Below, piece by piece: positions 1 through 13,031 of a stretch of 64,000 bases of DNA. The position numbers and the translations under genes were made by a program. The stretch is taken from positions 70,060,001 through 70,124,000 of the forward strand of contig OX597817.1 of assembly GCA_951406725.2 (NCBI GenBank), in the 5' to 3' direction. The notes under the pieces are model-generated. The model was not told the origin of the DNA and made no database searches. It worked only from the letters and a program-made list of their open reading frames with translations. Source of the DNA: Octopus vulgaris (Eukaryota). The number at the start of each line of letters is the position of its first letter. The stretch's first letter is position 1.

Positions 1-92
1 ATCTTCTTTAATAAAAACACGATAAATGCACAACAATTTATGATTTATCGTATGAAACATACCTAAAACAATTAATCTTTAACTTATTACCT

Positions 93-508
93 GTGGCTGT
101 GTGGTAAGTAGCTTGCTAACCAACCACATGATTCCGGGTTCAGTCCCACTGCATGGCATCTTGGGCAAGTGTCTTCTGCTATAGCCCCGGGCCGACCAAT
201 GCCTTGTGAGTGGATTTGGAAGACGGAAACTGAAAGAAGCCTGTCGTATATATGTATATATATATAAGTGTGCGTGTGTATATGTTTGTATGTCTGTGTT
301 TGTCCCCCTAGCATTGCTTTACAACCGATGCTGGTGTGTTTACGTCCCCGTCACTTAGCGGTTCGGCAAAAGAGACCGATAGAATAAGTACTGGGCTTAC
401 AAAAAATAAGTCCCGGGGTCGATTTGCTCGACTAAAGGCGGTGCTCCAGCATGGCCGCAGTCAAATGACTAAAACAAGTAAAAGAGTAAAGAGTAAAGAG
501 TAAGAGTA
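93..508 (+). mobile_element. tRNA-derived CORE-like SINE (family A), near full length
   Basis: A-box TGGCTGTGTGG, B-box GGTTCAGTCCC, CORE-like TTGGGCAAGTGTCTT, internal TA/TG microsatellite, (AAAGAGT)n tail; more than 10 related copies in window. Confidence 0.85.
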
Positions 509-509
509 T

Positions 510-930
510 AGGTGCAGGCATGGCTGTGTGATAAGGAGCTTGCTTCCCAACCACATGATTCCAGTTTCAGACCCACTGCGTGGCACCTTGGGCAAGTGTT
601 TTCTACTACAGCTTCGGGTCGACCAAAGCCTTGTGAATGGATTTCGTAGACAGAAACTGAAAGGAGCTTGCCGTATATATGTATGTGTGTGTATGTGTGT
701 GTGTTTGTCTGTCTGTCTGTGTTTGTCCCCTCGCCACTGCTTGACACCCATTGTTTGTGCGTTTACGTCCTCGTAACTTGGCGGTTAGGTAAAGTGCCCG
801 CCAGAATAAGTACCAGGCTTAAGATAAAAACAAAAAGCACTAGGGTCAATTCATTCGACCAAAATTCTTGAAGCCGGTGCTCTGGCTTGGCCGCAGTCAA
901 ATGACTGAAAAATGTAAAAGATAAAAGATA
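510..930 (+). mobile_element. SINE family A, second tandem copy
   Basis: Colinear with 93-508 and 59289-59688; starts directly after the tail of the first copy. Confidence 0.85.
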
Positions 931-1162
931 TCTAATATTTTATGCTACACATTCAAAGGTGAGATTGTGCTACCAACATAACGTCTGTTTAACATTATTA
1001 CATTTGTTCCTCTACATATCTTCAGTATTTATCATTTCTTCCTCCATTTCTCACTTAATCGTGATATAGCACATAATGTATACAATAATACTATGACAAT
1101 TAAGCTTTGATATTATCCTTTGAAAATAATACTAATATTCACTTGTGATGTTTTATATTACA

Positions 1163-2072
1163 CTAGCTGGCCCCGTGCCATCAAAATGGCGGCTAATTGT
1201 AGTATTTTATATATAAACAAGAGCACTCAGAGAGCGCGAACCTCCACCAAGGCAACACCAACGTCCTCTCAATGATTAGCCGGAGATGGTTTTAAAAAGA
1301 GAATTTCTGAAGTAAACTCGACTGCTCTCAAAAACGAGAATACTAAAAATGAATCCGACCGCTCTCAAAAATTAAGTAAAAAGGAAAAATAATCCAGAAT
1401 CCTTGCCCGGAACCGGATCGATCTCAAAATTTAATCAGCTCGTGCCAGTCATGGGACCAAACATCTCTGAAAGTTTCATCCGAATCCATCCAGCAGTACT
1501 TGAGATATCTTGTCTACGGACAAACAAGCAAATAAACACGACTGAAAAAAATACCTCCGCCTTAGATAAAGGCGGAGGTAATAAGGTACAAAATAAGGTA
1601 CGTAATAATCATAGATACAAATATTCACATACTTCCCTTGTACATGCACACATATACACACACACATATACTGAAACAGAGTTGAAATACTGTTTGATTT
1701 TTCTTTTCGGCGTTAAACGTTCACCATCCCATTTCCATTGCGCGCGCACACACACACACACACACACATTCACATTCATATATGTCCCTTGTACATACAC
1801 ATATACTGACACAGAGTTGAAACGCTGATTGTTTTCACCCCTTACTTCGTTATTCATCTACCACCCCTTTCCTTCTCATTCATGTGTTGTGACGGAGAAA
1901 AACAGAAGATACACGACGCGCTCTTTGCTAGTTCCTTTCTCTCATTGCTATTACTTTCTCTCGCTCTCTCTCTCAGCCAGGGCTATTACTCTCACTACTT
2001 CTCTTTCACTGAATTACTATTTTCTCTCCTACAAACATATAAAATCACTACGCTCATTATTATATCAGATGA
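1163..2072 (-). mobile_element. Non-autonomous Helitron-like element (interrupted by HINE-like insert)
   Basis: On the minus strand: 5' TCATCTGATATAATAATGAG (~2072), subterminal GCCAT/ATGGC hairpin, then CTAG|T at 1163; internal duplicated segment 1634-1700 / 1785-1830. Confidence 0.5.
1215..1582 (+). mobile_element. Helentron-associated (HINE/DINE-1-like) non-autonomous element
   Basis: Terminal 12-bp stem TACCTCCGCCTT-agata-AAGGCGGAGGTA (1552-1580), related CCTCCACCAAGG near 5' end, ACAAAC-type repeat before the 3' stem. Confidence 0.55.
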
Positions 2073-2377
2073 TATAAATGCGATATTAAAGATCCAACGT
2101 TATGCCTTTCGTACCGTCATAAATGTTACTCTATTTCTCGCTCTTCTAACTATTGCTACAAAACAACTGTTAGCAAATGTAGAATATACTGACAAATAGA
2201 CGAATAACTAACTCAGATTTAAATATTGGTATAAATATAAATTTAGCACTAACTATCACCTTAATCTGCAGTGATCGCACCTTTCGAAACGTTATAGAGT
2301 ATCATATTCCTACACATTATCACTATAAAGATATTTATCCGTTCGGTTTGTCTAATGAATATTGCATCTATATACAT

Positions 2378-2434
2378 CTATAATATAATATAATATAATA
2401 TAATATAATATAATATAATATAATATAATATAAT
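2378..2434. repeat. (TAATA)n microsatellite
   Basis: Direct reading. Confidence 0.95.
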
Positions 2435-3122
2435 GTATACAATGCACTAATATATAATGTAATAGATAAGTACCAGCTGGCACTGTGTCGAATTACCACC
2501 ACCACCCCGAAATTGCTGGCCTTGTGCCATAACAGGAGTCATGTGGAACGTGGAGACACCCCTTAGTTGCCATTTCTCCCAGGTCCACTCTGGCCCGGAG
2601 TGGGAGCACCTGCTAGGGCCCCACCAATGGATAAAATTGGACCCTCCTCTGTTGCCTTACAGGATGTCTCTTTAGGCTAAGGCTACGAGAAGGAATCTTC
2701 AACTCCTCAACTGTTGATCAGGCAGACGAAGCGACATCTATGTCTCTCAATGTGTGACAGCGGAAGAAGACTGTGCCAAGCGGGCTGGCTACAACAAAGC
2801 GTGGCCTAAAAGAACTGATCCACGGCAGCTCGTTGCAACTCACAGGTGAAAGTCTGTACGTCTCCTCCATGGTGCACTGATGACGTCCTCTGAGCCAAGT
2901 GAGTGGGCCTCCGCCTGGCAAATGGCGGTCCACCTTAAACAAAATCATGCCATGGCACCTAGTGCTATTTCCTTCCTTCCTACTTTCCCCTTCCCCCCCA
3001 AAAAGTCCTATGGTCCATAATGTCCCCTATGTTTCATGCAACCCTTGGATTGCTGAACCATCTGCAGTTTAAACACCCGGGAAAATGAACTGGATTGCAA
3101 GCTCGGAAACACGAGAGGCAAC

Positions 3123-3421
<299 letters not shown>

Positions 3422-3422
3422 C

Positions 3423-3605
3423 AACCCTATTTACTGGATCCCCTGCTCTTTTTGTCCTTCTCTGTACATCGGTCAAACGGGACGTCGCTTGGCTGACCGG
3501 TTCACGGAGAACCTCCGAGACATTCGACTCGGCAAGGACGCCCTCGCCATTTCCGCTCTACCGGTCATTCATTACAACACCTGTCTGTTTTCGGATTCAC
3601 CGTGA
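3423..3605 (+). pseudogene. Penelope-like element GIY-YIG endonuclease fragment
   Basis: Hand translation from 3423 (frame absent from ORF track): [35 protein letters not shown] = IY..CxxC..YIGQTGR.L..RF.E(H) signature. Confidence 0.8.
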
Positions 3606-4600
3606 ACAGTATTAATCTTCTCTCTTCGCTCCTTTGCATCACATGGGCTCAACTCTCCTCCTCTCCTCTTTTCATCTCACACCTACTTCCTCTCTTCCTC
3701 TCTTCACTTTAATATCTGTTGATTTTGTTGATTTACTTTGCGTTCTATGATGTGGAGTTGTATGTTAATTTAGATGTGAACTATCTTCAATTCAAATATC
3801 GATTAGATAATCACTCTTTTATTCATTATAGCCAGTTATTTCAAAACATTTTGCTGGATGTATATATAGCATGACAGGAAGAGTAAAACGGAATTCACGA
3901 GATTTTTTATCAATCATAACGATCGTTTCGACCCATCTTGCATCGGTTTCTCGCGGCTGGGATTCTAGACAACTGTTTGTGACGCATCCTTCGGTACAGG
4001 TGTATCTCGTGAGGTAGCCAAGGTATCTCGCTTCGTTTGATTATAATATATTTCGTTATTTATCTGTAGCTGGTCGCGTACCGGGTATCGTGCAACCCCT
4101 TTGTGAAGAAGGTTTGGTAAGGTTGCTGGGTTTTTTATTACCGACGGCCCGACCATGCGACAGGTTGTACATGCACACACACAGATATACATAAATGCAC
4201 GCATAAATAGACATTTCTTACATACGCATTTATACACATATACACATGGAATACATATATACGTAAACTAGCTCATAAGTGCACATAGACTCATTTATCT
4301 TTTACCTTCTACTCACATCAGCAATCGAACTGTGACCATGCTGAACATCAAATTCACAGGTTTAATTAAACAAATCAACCGTAGTATTTATATGTTTTAT
4401 TTTTGTGCTTATTCCATCGGTTACTTTTGACGAACCACTAGTTTACAAACGCGTTAGCAAACTAACATTGGTTGTCCAGTGATGTGTGTGAGGCAGCACA
4501 AACAACGTCATACATATAGTTATATATGCATATATATATATGTGTGTGTATGTGTGTGTGTATGTGTGTGTGTGTGTGTGCGTGTGTGTGTGTGTGTGTG

Positions 4601-4860
4601 TAGTTGAAATTTACATAAATGAAAACAAAAAACGGAGACAGGTGTATGAACAACAAGAAGGTGTATTAGTTTGACACGCGGGAAAGTGATAAAGTCTTTC
4701 AAGTTTCGAGCCTACGCTCTTCAACAGAAAGGAATAACAGAAACTAAACAGAGAGGGAATGAAAAAGAACTTGTGGATTTAGCGATCAAGCATGGGAACT
4801 GGTTTTGGAAAAAAGGTTTAACAGGAGAGGTAGAAAGAAGGGGAGATAATAAAGTATTAG
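4601..4860 (-). mobile_element. Penelope-like terminal-repeat fragment with hammerhead-like motif (4695-4732)
   Basis: Inverted homologue of 10985-11158; minus strand CTTT-CTGTTGA-A-GAGC-gtag-GCTC-GAAA-CTTG-AAAG; abuts (TG)n. Confidence 0.55.
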
Positions 4861-4988
4861 TGATCCCAAAACGACGTGCGTGCGTGCGTGTGTGTATATT
4901 TGAGAATGTGTAAGTGTGTGTGTGCGGATGATGGTGTGTGGGTATGCAGACGATGGTGCGCGGTGTGGGTGCTGGGAAGTAGTATACA

Positions 4989-5032
<44 letters not shown>

Positions 5033-5509
5033 CATATATATATATATATACAAATATGTGTGTATGTATGTGTATACATGACAGGCCTCCATACAGTTTT
5101 CATCTCCAAAATTTACTCACAAGGCTTTAGTAAAAGACACTAACCCAAGCCTCCGTGTTCTTGAAACGAAACTAAAACAAGTCACCCTTGCACCCAATGT
5201 CTACCCGTTCTTCAATACCTTAGATTCTCTACTATTTCTGATCACACCAAACAAAATGCTAAACTCAACATGAAGCACAACATTAAAAAAAATCGTTCAA
5301 TGCAACAGTAAAAAGAAAAACGGTGAATAAAATATCATTCACTAATTAAAGTTTATGTTTGTTTAGTTTTGCAAAACAAAAACAGTCTGCTGATATATGT
5401 AACTAATGAACAATATTTAATTGTTTGGGGGAGGGACGACCAAAAGTCAGCAGAGTTATGAATATGAGACAATAAACAGTGTATTTGGAGTTAGTCTTTT
5501 GGAGTTAGT

Positions 5510-5542
<33 letters not shown>

Positions 5543-6550
5543 TCACCATCACCATATATCATCATGTTTCATTCATGTTTATTTTAATGTTTTCTACTAG
5601 CAGCACTTTTGTTTTTTGGTTCTTTGTTTGTTTTTTTTACCCTTTAAAGTGTCTTGTATGTCTAACGATTTACGGTGAGATGGAATTGCAGAAGAACAGC
5701 GGATTGACAAAGTCGTTAGAACATCGGATAAATTGTCATATGGTATATCTTGTTATTTACATTTCTATATTCAAGTCCTGCTTAGGTCAACTTTGTTTTG
5801 CGTCCCTCCGGTGCCGGGGCAATAACCTTAAAGTACCAGTCAAATACTGGCGCTAATTTAAATCCCATCCACAGAAGGTTGTCTATAAAAAGCAGTTACC
5901 AAATCGCCCTCAAATAATTACCCTGCCAGAACAGGGTGCATTAGAGTAATATTTCTGAAACTAACAAACACCGAAACGCATTAATCGTTCTACCAGATGG
6001 CGCCGTAAGATGACTACTGGCGTTTTGACATCTATCGCCTAAAGCGAGAATTTTCTCAATGGCAAATTGTAGAGAATATGGCTTTTGCACAGGTTAAATA
6101 TGATCTGAACTTATTTGAACTAACCTAAATATTTGTTTCATCACAAAAGTGCTTTGACACATACACAACATATTTTATTCTAGCCTGGCCGGTATCGCAC
6201 GAAATCAGCTCATAATATATACAGATTCTCTATAACGGAAGCCATGACTTCAAGAATCATTTCAGGGTTGTCAATGTCTTGTGACCAATTACTTTGGAAT
6301 CCATTCATCGATCTTCGTGAGGGCGCAGTGAGATGACTGTTGGTATTTTGACTTCTATTGTTTAAGATGAGAATTTTCTCCATGGTAAATTGCACTGAAT
6401 ACGGTTTTTTTTTCTATTTTATCACAGGTCAAATATGACCGAATCCATTTGAACTGATCTAAATGCTTTCTGCGTTCACGTGCCTACAACATATATTTAT
6501 TCCTTTAATTTTTTTTTTGTTAATTGGCGGCCAAAAGTAACTAGTATCTA

Positions 6551-6961
6551 TAGGTGCAAGCATGATTAAGTGGTTAAGATGTTTGCGGCGAGCTGGCAGA
6601 AGCGTTAGCACGCCGGGCGAAATGCGTAGCCGTATTTCGTCTGCCGTTACGTTCTGAGTTCAAATTCCGCCGAGGTCGACTTTGCCTTTCATCCTTTCGG
6701 GGTCGATAAATTAAGTACCAGTTACGCACTGGGGTCGATGTAATCGACTTAATCCGTTTGTCTGTCCTTGTTTGTCCCCTCTGTGTTTAGCCCCTTGTGG
6801 GTAGTAAAGAAATAGGTTAAGATGTTTGCTTTGCAACGACGTGGTTTCGAGTTTACTCCTGTTGTACAACAACATGAGCAAGTCTCCTCTACTATAACTC
6901 CAATGCGACCACTGCTTTGTGAGTGGATTTGGTGAATGGAAACTGCGTGGATGCCGTCGTA

Positions 6962-6993
<32 letters not shown>

Positions 6994-7180
6994 GGGAGAG
7001 AAAGGGAGAGGAAGAGAGAGAGAGGGAAGAGAGGGAGAGGAAGAGAGAGTGTGTCTCTGTGTGTATTTGAGATTGATAGAATAAGTATCCAACTTAAATA
7101 TTAAGTACTGTAATTAATTTGATCGCTAAACACTTCAAGCGGCTACGCCAGCTTGGCCACAGTCCAGCGACAGAAACTAA
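6551..7180 (+). mobile_element. Degenerate SINE family A copy, split by a family B SINE
   Basis: Head at 6551-6586 resumes at 6830; GTGAGTGGATTTGGT, microsatellite and tail present. Confidence 0.7.
6587..6814 (+). mobile_element. tRNA-derived Nin-domain SINE (family B), full length with 15-bp TSD
   Basis: B-box GAGTTCAAATTCC; Nin/Deu-type domain GACTTTGCCTTTCATCCTTTCGGGGTCGATAAATTAAGTACC; TSD GGTTAAGATGTTTGC at 6572-6586 and 6815-6829. Confidence 0.88.
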
Positions 7181-7634
7181 TACATGAATATCCATATAAT
7201 TTATCAATTTTCTTCTTGGTGTTGGACATTTCTAAAAAATTTAAACCATCTTAATTTTATTAAACATTATAACCTTTTCATTAGTTTCAATTCCCACAGA
7301 TCCTGCAACCCATTGGATCCTGCCTAATTTCCACGAGAGACAATGCATTAATCAATGTAATTCCATATACCCTTCAAAACGTTAGAGTCGTAATGAAATT
7401 TAATTAAGTAATCACGTGCAAGAGTAAAATATGTAGATAAAAACCCTACAACATATACTAATGTGTTGGCAAAGGATGTATTATCAAATATGGAATCGAT
7501 TATCAAATCGATTCCATTTAGTATTTTATATTTAGTATTTGATAATACTACTATCAAATAAAGTAGTGTTATCAAATATGGAATCGTCAGTTGAGTATCT
7601 CTAAGTGGCCGAGTTACCAAGTATCAAAGTATTG

Positions 7635-8003
7635 GTTTCAAATTTTAGCACAAGGCCAGTAATTTCAGGAGAGGGGTAAGTAAATGGAGGAATTTGAACT
7701 CAGGACGTAAAGGCGAACGAAATGCCGCTAAGCATTTCGCCTGGCATACTAATGATTCTGCCAGCTCGTCGCCTTTCATAATAATAATAATCCTTTCTAC
7801 TATGGGCACAAGGCCTGAAATTTGGGGGTAGGGGACTAGGCGATTACATCGACCACCAGTGTTCAACTGGTACTTTATTTAATCGAATCCGTAAGGAGGA
7901 AAGGCAAAGTCGACCTCGGCAGAAAATTCAGAGGGTGATGGCAGACGAAGCACCGCTAAGCATCTTGTCCGGCGTGCCAACGATTCTACCCGCTGGCTTC
8001 CTT
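7635..8003 (-). mobile_element. Two tandem family B SINEs (first has an internal deletion)
   Basis: Reverse complement of family B head (GCCAGCTCGTCGCC at ~7760-7773; degenerate second head ending ~8003) and Nin domain (7880-7920). Confidence 0.75.
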
Positions 8004-8269
8004 GAAATATCAAAATATTTTGAGCTTGACTGAATCTAATTTAACATTACTTCAAAATTACATTTTAATCCCATTTAGGAAAATCAGTTTTAGGAAAATA
8101 TGTCATTTGAAAATCCAGAGTCAATGTAATCTGGTAAACCTAATGTCATTTTGGCATTCAGCAGTCTACAAATTATAAATTTATTCGAATGTGGGCAACA
8201 AAAAAATAAAAATAAATAAATGACTGTTTGTCAAAGCTTGTAGAATTGATAAAGTACCAGACAAGAATG

Positions 8270-8460
8270 TTAGCAGTATTTCTTCAGGCTCTTTAAGTTC
8301 TAAGTTCGAATCTTGCCGAGATCGACTTTGCCTTTCATTCTTTCGGAGTAACCAAAAATATTATTAATAAATAAATACCAGTTGACTAGGCGTCGATGTA
8401 AACGACTATCCCTTCTTCTGAAAAATTGCTGGTTGTTTTCAAGCTAAAATTTGAAACTAT
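8270..8460 (+). mobile_element. Degenerate family B SINE
   Basis: GCCGAGATCGACTTTGCCTTTCATTCTTTCGGAG. Confidence 0.6.
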
Positions 8461-9025
8461 ATTGCTGATAATAGATCACATCACATACACATGCACGTAC
8501 CTCTCTCTAATAGTCGAACTTATTAAAACAAGCCGACAACATAAACAAAAAAGAAAACTTTATAACGAGATATGAAATAAAATAGTATTTTTAGTTCAGC
8601 TTATAGTTTGCTTCTCTGTCACGATTATTGTTTATATATTGATCACGTTGTTGTTGACGTCGTTTCTCTTTTTAATGGTCTTGTATATTAGTCAGTGAAT
8701 ATTAATGTTTATTCTGTTATATTTTCATTATTTATAACAACTGGTTGTCGTAGTAGAATTGGTGACACAATAAATATTTATATTGTTGTATTAGTACTGA
8801 GTGAACACTAGATAAAAGCATGAGCCAGCGGAGACTCAGACAATGTTGTTATATGAATTAAATCGTTTTGTCAGCGCAACTATAAAATACAAACGAGTGT
8901 CAGCTTGATATAAAGACATCTACATATCACACACATATTCATACAAGCATATACTTATACATATATTCATATATACATACATATATTTATACATATATAC
9001 GTTCACACATATATGCATATACATG

Positions 9026-9074
<49 letters not shown>

Positions 9075-9076
<2 letters not shown>

Positions 9077-9253
9077 TTATTCTTTTACTTGTTTCAGTCA
9101 TTTGGTTGCGGCCATACTGGAGCACCGCCTTTAGTTGAAAAAATCGACCCTAGGACTTATTCTTTGTAAGACTAGTACTAATTCTATCGGACACTTTTAC
9201 CGAACCGCTAAATTACGGGAGCGTAGACACACCAACATCGACTGTCAAGTGAC

Positions 9254-9333
<80 letters not shown>

Positions 9334-9442
9334 GACGGGCTTCTTTCAGTTTCCGTCTAACAAATCTACCCAAAGGCTTTGATCGGCCCGAGGCTATAGT
9401 AAAAGACACTTGCCCGAGATGTCACGCAATGGGACTGAACCC
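9075..9442 (-). mobile_element. SINE family A (5' truncated)
   Basis: Reverse complement of tail, body and B-box (GGGACTGAACCC). Confidence 0.8.
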
Positions 9443-9509
<67 letters not shown>

Positions 9510-9521
9510 TATATATATATA

Positions 9522-9600
9522 CAGTAATACCTCACTTTACGATGGCCCGCTTTACGAGACACCGTGTTTACGAGTTTTATTTTCAGCTCACAAATATATA
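9522..9600 (+). mobile_element. Tigger/pogo-like terminal repeat remnant
   Basis: TA|CAGTAATACCTCACTTTACG end resembling the TIRs of 27896-28141; partner end not found. Confidence 0.35.
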
Positions 9601-10171
9601 TATAGAAGGATATACTTACAGATATTTTCAAATGCTTCAGAAAAGAAAATTTTGATCTTGTTAAATTACAGCAATGGACATACGTTGTCTTCTGCATGTA
9701 TTCGTCATCATAGATCAGTCAATTCTTCAGGTCACTGAATAAGTTTTAGATGCAGAAACATAGTCACGAATAATTTTTTTGTGAGAAGGATTTGTATAAT
9801 CAAAGATAAAAACGGAAGATTGATAGACTCGTTAAATGTCGAGTAAAATGTTCGACCGTTTTTCTTCCGGCTCTTTATGTTCAGATACGAATGCAATGGA
9901 TGGCAAAGATGTCTTATTTGCCACAGTTTGCTTTCTATACTCCACAATGCGTGGCTGCAGTCACCTTTCTCTCCGTTGAACCATGTAGGTTTTTACCGCA
10001 GAGTCCTCCACATCCAGTCTTCATGTGCATATGTAGGCAAGCCTGAATATGCTAATTAACTCATAGCTGGGACACTGACAGAGGGTACTACGCCGGGCCA
10101 GAGTACACATGGGGAACAATAATGATTAAGAGGTGGCTCCAGACTCCTCTTGAAACTCCCGATGGACGTAG

Positions 10172-10810
10172 TTTAAAGAACTGGTTTCCAATCTAGATCC
10201 AAGGCTCCTTCATTGGAATTTCAACATCAACAGCAGGGTATTTTTGTATTTATGTATGTATGTATGTATGTATGTATGTATGTATGTATGTATGTATGTA
10301 TGTATGTATGTATGTATGTATGCATGTATTCATGTATGTACGTGCAGATTTGTTTATTTTAAGCATGTATTCTCATGCATGGTTGCATATCTAGACTTGC
10401 TCATATATATTTAAATGATAAATTTCTGGAAAGTTTTGCAGATTTTTACAGTTCCAGAGATGGATTGGATCTGTAGTCTTCGAATTAGCTTTCTCTTTTC
10501 TGGTTTTGAGAAACCTAATTTCTCAATATTGGTATTTAGGCAGTGTGTTACATATCCCAGAGCTCCAATAATTACAGGTGTGAACCTAAACTTGTAATCT
10601 GGATAGAGTAACAGCTCATTTCTCAAAAGTTCAGCATAGGTGTTCTCTGTTTCACTAATCTTCATCTTTATGTTAACATCCACAACCGTGCACAGTTTCT
10701 TTTCTCTAACACAAATCATTATATGAGGTCTGTTGTGCTTACATTTTATTGAGGTCTTCACTGGTACATTCCAGCAGTATTTATTTTTATTATGAGTGGC
10801 TATGGCTTTA
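10172..10810 (-). mobile_element. R4/Dong-like non-LTR retrotransposon 3' fragment (restriction-like endonuclease plus 3' UTR)
   Basis: ORF 10411-10827: WNVPVKTSIKCKHNRPHIMI...VVDV...ENTY..L...PVIIGALG = degenerate PD-(D/E)xK RLE domain; 3' UTR recurs at ~19485-19900. Confidence 0.75.
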
Positions 10811-10984
10811 TGTATGTATATATGCATGCATGCATGTATGTATGTATGTATGTATGTATGTATGTATGTATGTATGTATGTATGTATGTATGTATGTATG
10901 TATGTACGTATGTTTTTATGTATGCATGTATGTATGCATGTGTGTATGCATGCGTGTATATATATATATATATATACATGATAG

Positions 10985-11158
10985 ATCGCTAGCCACTACA
11001 CATTCTTTATTTTCTCTCTTGTTTTATCTCTGTGTTCCTTTCTGTGGAAGAGCGTAGGCTCGAAACGTTAAATACTTTTTCACTTCCTAAGCGTTATACT
11101 AATACACCTGTTTGTTGTCTACACCACCTGTCTTCGTCTTTTTTTGTGAATTCTCCCT
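10985..11158 (+). mobile_element. Penelope-like terminal-repeat fragment with hammerhead-like motif (11037-11075)
   Basis: CTGTGGA-A-GAGC-gtag-GCTC-GAAACGTTA; (TA)n on both sides; same family as 4601-4860. Confidence 0.55.
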
Positions 11159-12471
11159 ATATATATATATATATATATATATATGCATACATAGATAAGA
11201 ACGTGAATATGTATGCGTGTGTGTGTGCGTGGTGTTGTTGAAAGCTAGGTTAGAAAAACAAATAGGCTTATAATCGAACACATTCAAGCCATGAATCCCC
11301 TATCGTATTATGAATCCAGGACAACGTTGTCTAATGTGATACTCATTTTTGAAACAGGAGCATATGAACCGAAAAAGATTCCACCGTTCATTGAAACATG
11401 TAAATTACCCATGTAGAGAGTCAATGCCTTAGAGATGGAACAAACAGGAAAATAGCCAAAACATAGCTGTATGTTGTTGTTATTGTGACTCGAGAAATAA
11501 ATCTGTGACTAAATATCCGTGAAGCACCCGTATTTTTGTAAATATAACACACTAAATTATCATTTCTTAAATGAATGAGGGAGATTCGGTAGTTATTTCT
11601 GACATGTCGACAGCCAATATACAGGCTGTCACGTTGTTTCCTTTTGTAGTTATACAGTTATTCCTCTGCGATTTAAATTAGTTTCGCTTTATATTTGAAT
11701 CAAATGAGATGGCTATTTTACTGATTTCAACAATTTAGTATTATTACATAGAAACACACATCAAAATCATTATTAGTAGTTTTATTATCAGTGTGGTTGT
11801 ATTTAAACATCTATGTAACTATTAAATCAAGACATCGATTCAATTGAGTAGATTTCTTCAGACAAAAGTTTGTTGTGTCTTTGTCAAAGTAAATCATTTC
11901 TCACATGATACAAGGAATTGATATTCGCCATTACAATCGCCATTACAATACACACACACACAAATTACATATATACATTCATACAAGCATATATTTGTGT
12001 GCGTGTATAAATATATATATATGTATATGACCACACACACATATATGTAAATATATATATATAAGTATATATGTACAATATATATGATATATACATATGT
12101 ATTCACGTATACATGCACATACATATACGTGCTCATTTATACATGTATGTATGTACACGCACACACAGAGATTTACTTATATACATATGGACACTTACGA
12201 AAATACGTATATATGCACATATATGCTAGTGTTTGCGTGTATATATGTGTTATAGAAACTAATCATTACGCTACTAAATCAATAACTGAAAACAACTCGA
12301 TGTTATTTAGGAGCAGAGCATACAAGATTTATTCATAATTTTCTTACAAAATGTAGTTTGTTTCGGTTAATAAATTCACTCTTCTTGTCCCTGAAGAACG
12401 CTTTTATAACCGAAAAAACTGTATTTTGTAAGAACATTATTATGAGTATTATGAATATATTATACGCATAA

Positions 12472-12521
<50 letters not shown>

Positions 12522-12708
12522 CGTATAATTGTAAAAGTTTTTCCTCTCAATATAAAGTAAATATTTTTTCCTCTACTGAAAAGCGTTGAATGATCCTTCA
12601 ATTTAATATTTCCTTTTATATATAATCACAGAAAGATACATTAACGTGTGTATATATGCATGGATACATACATACATACATGCATACATACATACATACA
12701 TACATACA

Positions 12709-12742
<34 letters not shown>

Positions 12743-12907
12743 CATACATACATCTGATGAACAAACTAAATTGTTTCTCCATTTTCTTATTTGTATTATA
12801 TATATATAAATTTCCTCTATTTACATAATATTGAGGTCTCTTTCTTTCTTTTGTTATCTTACCGTTTTTACCAATATATATATATATATATACACACACA
12901 CTTACAT

Positions 12908-13031
<124 letters not shown>

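Noticed and set aside
93-170. tRNA-like heads with A/B boxes (also 6587, 45660, 59289)
   Set aside because: No complete cloverleaf; they are SINE heads followed by SINE bodies
10172-10225. CCAATGA...GAAACC motif in the R4-like 3' UTR (similar at 19575-19625 and 59767-59800) as a hammerhead
   Set aside because: Core deviates at two or more invariant positions and stems I/II cannot be drawn
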